From: Trichodelitschia bisporula
Lineage: Eukaryota
Assembly: GCA_010356995.1 (NCBI GenBank)
Contig: ML996709.1
Span: 76,606 to 140,605 of the forward strand
Reading direction: 5' to 3'
Length of the DNA stretch: 64,000 nucleotides
Below are positions 60,701-64,000 of this stretch, piece by piece. Positions within the stretch are counted from its first letter, which is position 1. Each line of letters begins with the position of its first letter. A program made the translations under genes and the position numbers. The notes beneath the pieces were generated by a model. The model was not told where the DNA came from. It ran no database searches and was given only the letters and a program-made list of their open reading frames with translations.

Positions 60701-63700
60701 GTGATGGGCGCGTTGCGTTAACCGAGCCCACGAGCTGCGATGCTGCGGATCCGCCCGAGGGATCGGCGGTGGAGGCTAAGGTTTTACGCGGGGCTGCTTG
60801 CCGGAGCGGCTGGGAATGGTAAGTTGTTACGGTACAAGCCTCGCCGGGAGCCGAGGGCAGGAGGTGGATGGCGTGGATGTGGCTGCGGGATTCTGGCCTT
60901 AGGTTTCGGGGGCGGGATGTGCCGTGTGGAGAGGCGGTTGAGTGGAGAGGGACGGCGCTTACCTTAATGGCTGAATGGGAGAGGGGGTTGATGACGACGG
61001 CTGATGATGACGAGGGGAAGATGAATCGGGTTCGGCTGTGGTGCAGCGAAACGTGACCTACCCGCGACCCTCAATGGTTGGGGAGCAAACTCCGGTCGAT
61101 CTCAAACCCTATTTCCATGTCCTCAAAACCTCATGTAGGTACCAAACTTCATCACCACCTTGACCTTCAATGGCACATGTGCATCCTATTCTAGGCGTGC
61201 ATGGAGGTCCGGTTTCCGCAGCACGCGACCGGGGAGCTTCTTCTGGTCCCTTACCGCCCCGCCGGCCACATTTTTAAGCCTTCTTTCAGAGAACGGTCCC
61301 GAGTGGGCGTCGGCGTTGTGGCGGGGGCGGGGATGACGGGCTATGCGGCGCGGAATACGGGGCCCGAAAAGCGTACCGCGGGGACAGATATTGTGCCTTG
61401 ATCCCTGGAAGGTATAAGCGGTTCGCGCTGTGGATCGGTTTACAGTCAGCACTCGGGGTATGAGAACTTGATGTCATGATCTTTGGTTAGTGGTTCGGTT
61501 CGTTCGTCCGATGGACACATGGTCGGCAAAGACACGTGAAGTTACGGACGACCGATTTGCGGGGGACTGTGCTCAACGGTACGCTAGCATTGCGAAGACA
61601 TGCGATGTCTCGAAACTCGATGCCCGCCAACCTCGCATTCCCCTTTCCCGTTTCTCAGCCGCGTCTTTTGTTTATTGTGCGAGGATCGGAGAGGCGTTGC
61701 ATCCCAGCTCCGGCAGTCGGAGCGAGAGCCTGCGGAAGCAGGACGCAAGACGCAGAAAAGTGAACAATCCGGAACTGGGACCGAGCACGGCTCCCGCTCG
61801 TCAACGTCTGGTTCTGTTTGAGTTTTTTTTCCTTTTTTTCCTTTTTTTCCTTTTGTGGCTGTTTTTGGCTTTCCTTGGCCCTCCGCGGTTTACACATAGG
61901 CTCGAGGCTCATAGCGGCTTGAGGGTCTTGAGCCTTGAATGGTTCGGGCTGAGTGGCTCGCAGTGTTTGCGCCCCGTCGACCACCCCTCGTCCCTCCCCG
62001 TCTCCCCTCCTCTCATCTTTTCCCCTCTTGTCTGTGTCGTGCAGGACGGACCGGGAGCAGGGACATGGTATTTTCCGTTTACAGTGCCGATGCGAGGGAC
62101 ATGGATGAGGGGTTGAGGACGGATGAGGAGGAAGATGCCGACCCGCACTGCACGCCAACACCGCCAGGGCAAGGGGGGGATAGCCATGGCCAGAATGAGG
62201 GCAAGAGAAAAAGAGGCCCGGGCGGACATCGTTGGAAGAGGGTTAATGGGTTTGAAGCCTTGCCGTGCCCTATTATTCCCTCCTTCCGACGACTGTCTGA
62301 AGCGCGGTGTTCTGTTTCAACCCTCGGTCGGGCCAGAACTAACGGCCTTTCTTTCTTAGTTCCATCGGTGGGTTTTGGAGGGATTGGGGGGGGGGGGGGG
62401 GGGGGGGGGGGAGGACGGTAGATGGCGCGCTTGTGCAGGTGCGTGGCTGGTGATTCAGGGCACGTCAACCACGCTGCGTCGGCCGGCGTGTGATACGTAC
62501 CAGCGTGCGACGTACGGTACGCACGTATCGGGTTTGCTGGGCTAACTACCGTATGGGAGCCTCGTGGATTGGGCGCGCGGAAAATGGGCCACCGCGAGCT
62601 GCAGCTGCATGTTAGCCGCCGAGGGAAGGGAGGGGGCGGGGAAGGCCGAGACGAGGCAGGTTGAGGCCGAAGTCGTAAGGCTTGAGGTGAAGAGTTTACC
62701 CTTACCGGGCTGGAGTTGACAGCCTGATGGGGCTTGTCTGGCATTCCCTGATCTCGGTGTTGGGTTGCTCCAGACGTCGGCCGTCCTCGACTTTGGAGTG
62801 ATTAAGTGTTCACTCGGTTTGATGCTTTGGCTGACAAAAACGAGGCTAGAACTAACAGTTGCTCCATACTCAAGAGGACATGCTGTCGGCTAATCGAGGC
62901 GAGTCTCGTGGTCGGCGATGTCGTTAGCCTCACAACCTTCAACCTTGCCCGCTTCACCTTAACCCAGACAACGCAGACATCGACCATTGTCCATTGTGCC
63001 GAATCCCAAACAGTTTCTCCCTGTTCTTTCTCTCTACCGTAATTATTCCTACGCTCTCTTAATAATCAACAATCATCAAAGCTTCATCCTTGAACGCCAA
63101 ATTCCTAGTCTCCAATCCCAATCCTTCCCGGTCCCTCCCTCTCTTCAACCTTCTCCCCCCCCCCCCCCCCCCCCCGGACATCAATCAACCCCGCATATTC
63201 ATATCTGGTAACAAAAACCAACCTCCACCCCTACCCACCGGTCCATTACCGAGCACCTAGTTGCTCGTCCCGTAGTAGGAAGAGGAGAGCCACAGCCCTA
63301 TCGGAATCTGCGTCCTTTTGCTGTTGATGTGTGTCCGTGTGCCTCAACCATCGGGGTCAATGCTCAAGCAGAGCTGTACAGAGACAAGTGAGTGGAAGTG
63401 TGAGGAAAGCGCCCGCCGCCATCCCCAACCCCTCCCCTCTCCCTCCCCCCATGTCCATCGCGACTGTCATCGCCATCCCATCCCCCTCTCATACCCCGTC
63501 CTACCCCAGTCTTCACCAGTCCTTCTCCCCCCCCCGCCCTCCCTCTCCCTCTCCCTCTTCCCTTCTCTTCTTCTCACCACTCGGTCTCTCCGCATCATAT
63601 CATCCAAGCCCCGCCACATCGGGTGTGAGCCGGCAAAGAAGGCTTTGGCGCAGGCGTCTTGAAGCCGACCCCAGAAAAAGTAGCCGCATCACCGGTATAT

Positions 63701-64000
63701 GCCGCCAGGAACAAACACAAGGCTTGGAGTTTGGAGTTCGGTGAAGCCCTTTTGCCTGACCAAGTCGCCTCGTCTTGAAGATCGGGCCCGGCCCAGGCTG
63801 CCAAACTCTTCCAAACTCTCGTAGGAATATCGACCGGTCGACATATTGTTCACACCCACTACCACGACGACTTTCAGTTAGCTGCGTGTTGCAATCCTCC
63901 GCCCTACGCGGCGTATTTGGCCTGCTCACCATCTTTTGGCCAAGCGGCAAGCTGCAGTGTTCCCGACCTGCCTCACTTCGTCCTCCATTTTTACCTCCCC

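Overview
Filamentous-ascomycete (Pezizomycotina-type) genomic DNA with short GT-AG introns and CTAAC/CTGAC branch sites. Core genes: UBX-domain protein (5' partial), small secreted protein, C2H2 transcription factor, ClC chloride channel, SDR, RPS25, cytochrome-b5-like MAPR protein, Gtr2/RagC, Arl3/ARFRP1, a QDE-1-type RNA-dependent RNA polymerase, amidase, DUF1989 protein, adenine deaminase and three tRNAs (Arg-UCG, Tyr-GUA, Asp-GUC). The main accessory feature is a ~10 kb island (~9.9-19.9 kb) that looks like a collapsed Starship. It has a truncated captain-like tyrosine recombinase 5' end, related termini, an intact Kex2-processed cysteine-containing effector-like gene and a PD-(D/E)xK-like gene. 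Nested inside are solo LTRs, a LINE fragment, a Fot1/Pogo fragment and a hAT element with an exact 8-bp TSD. Three long intergenic fold-back (hairpin) loci also occur, one built from a Gypsy reverse-transcriptase fragment, plus several ~200-bp-period tandem duplications. Family calls come from motif recognition by eye; no searches were run.
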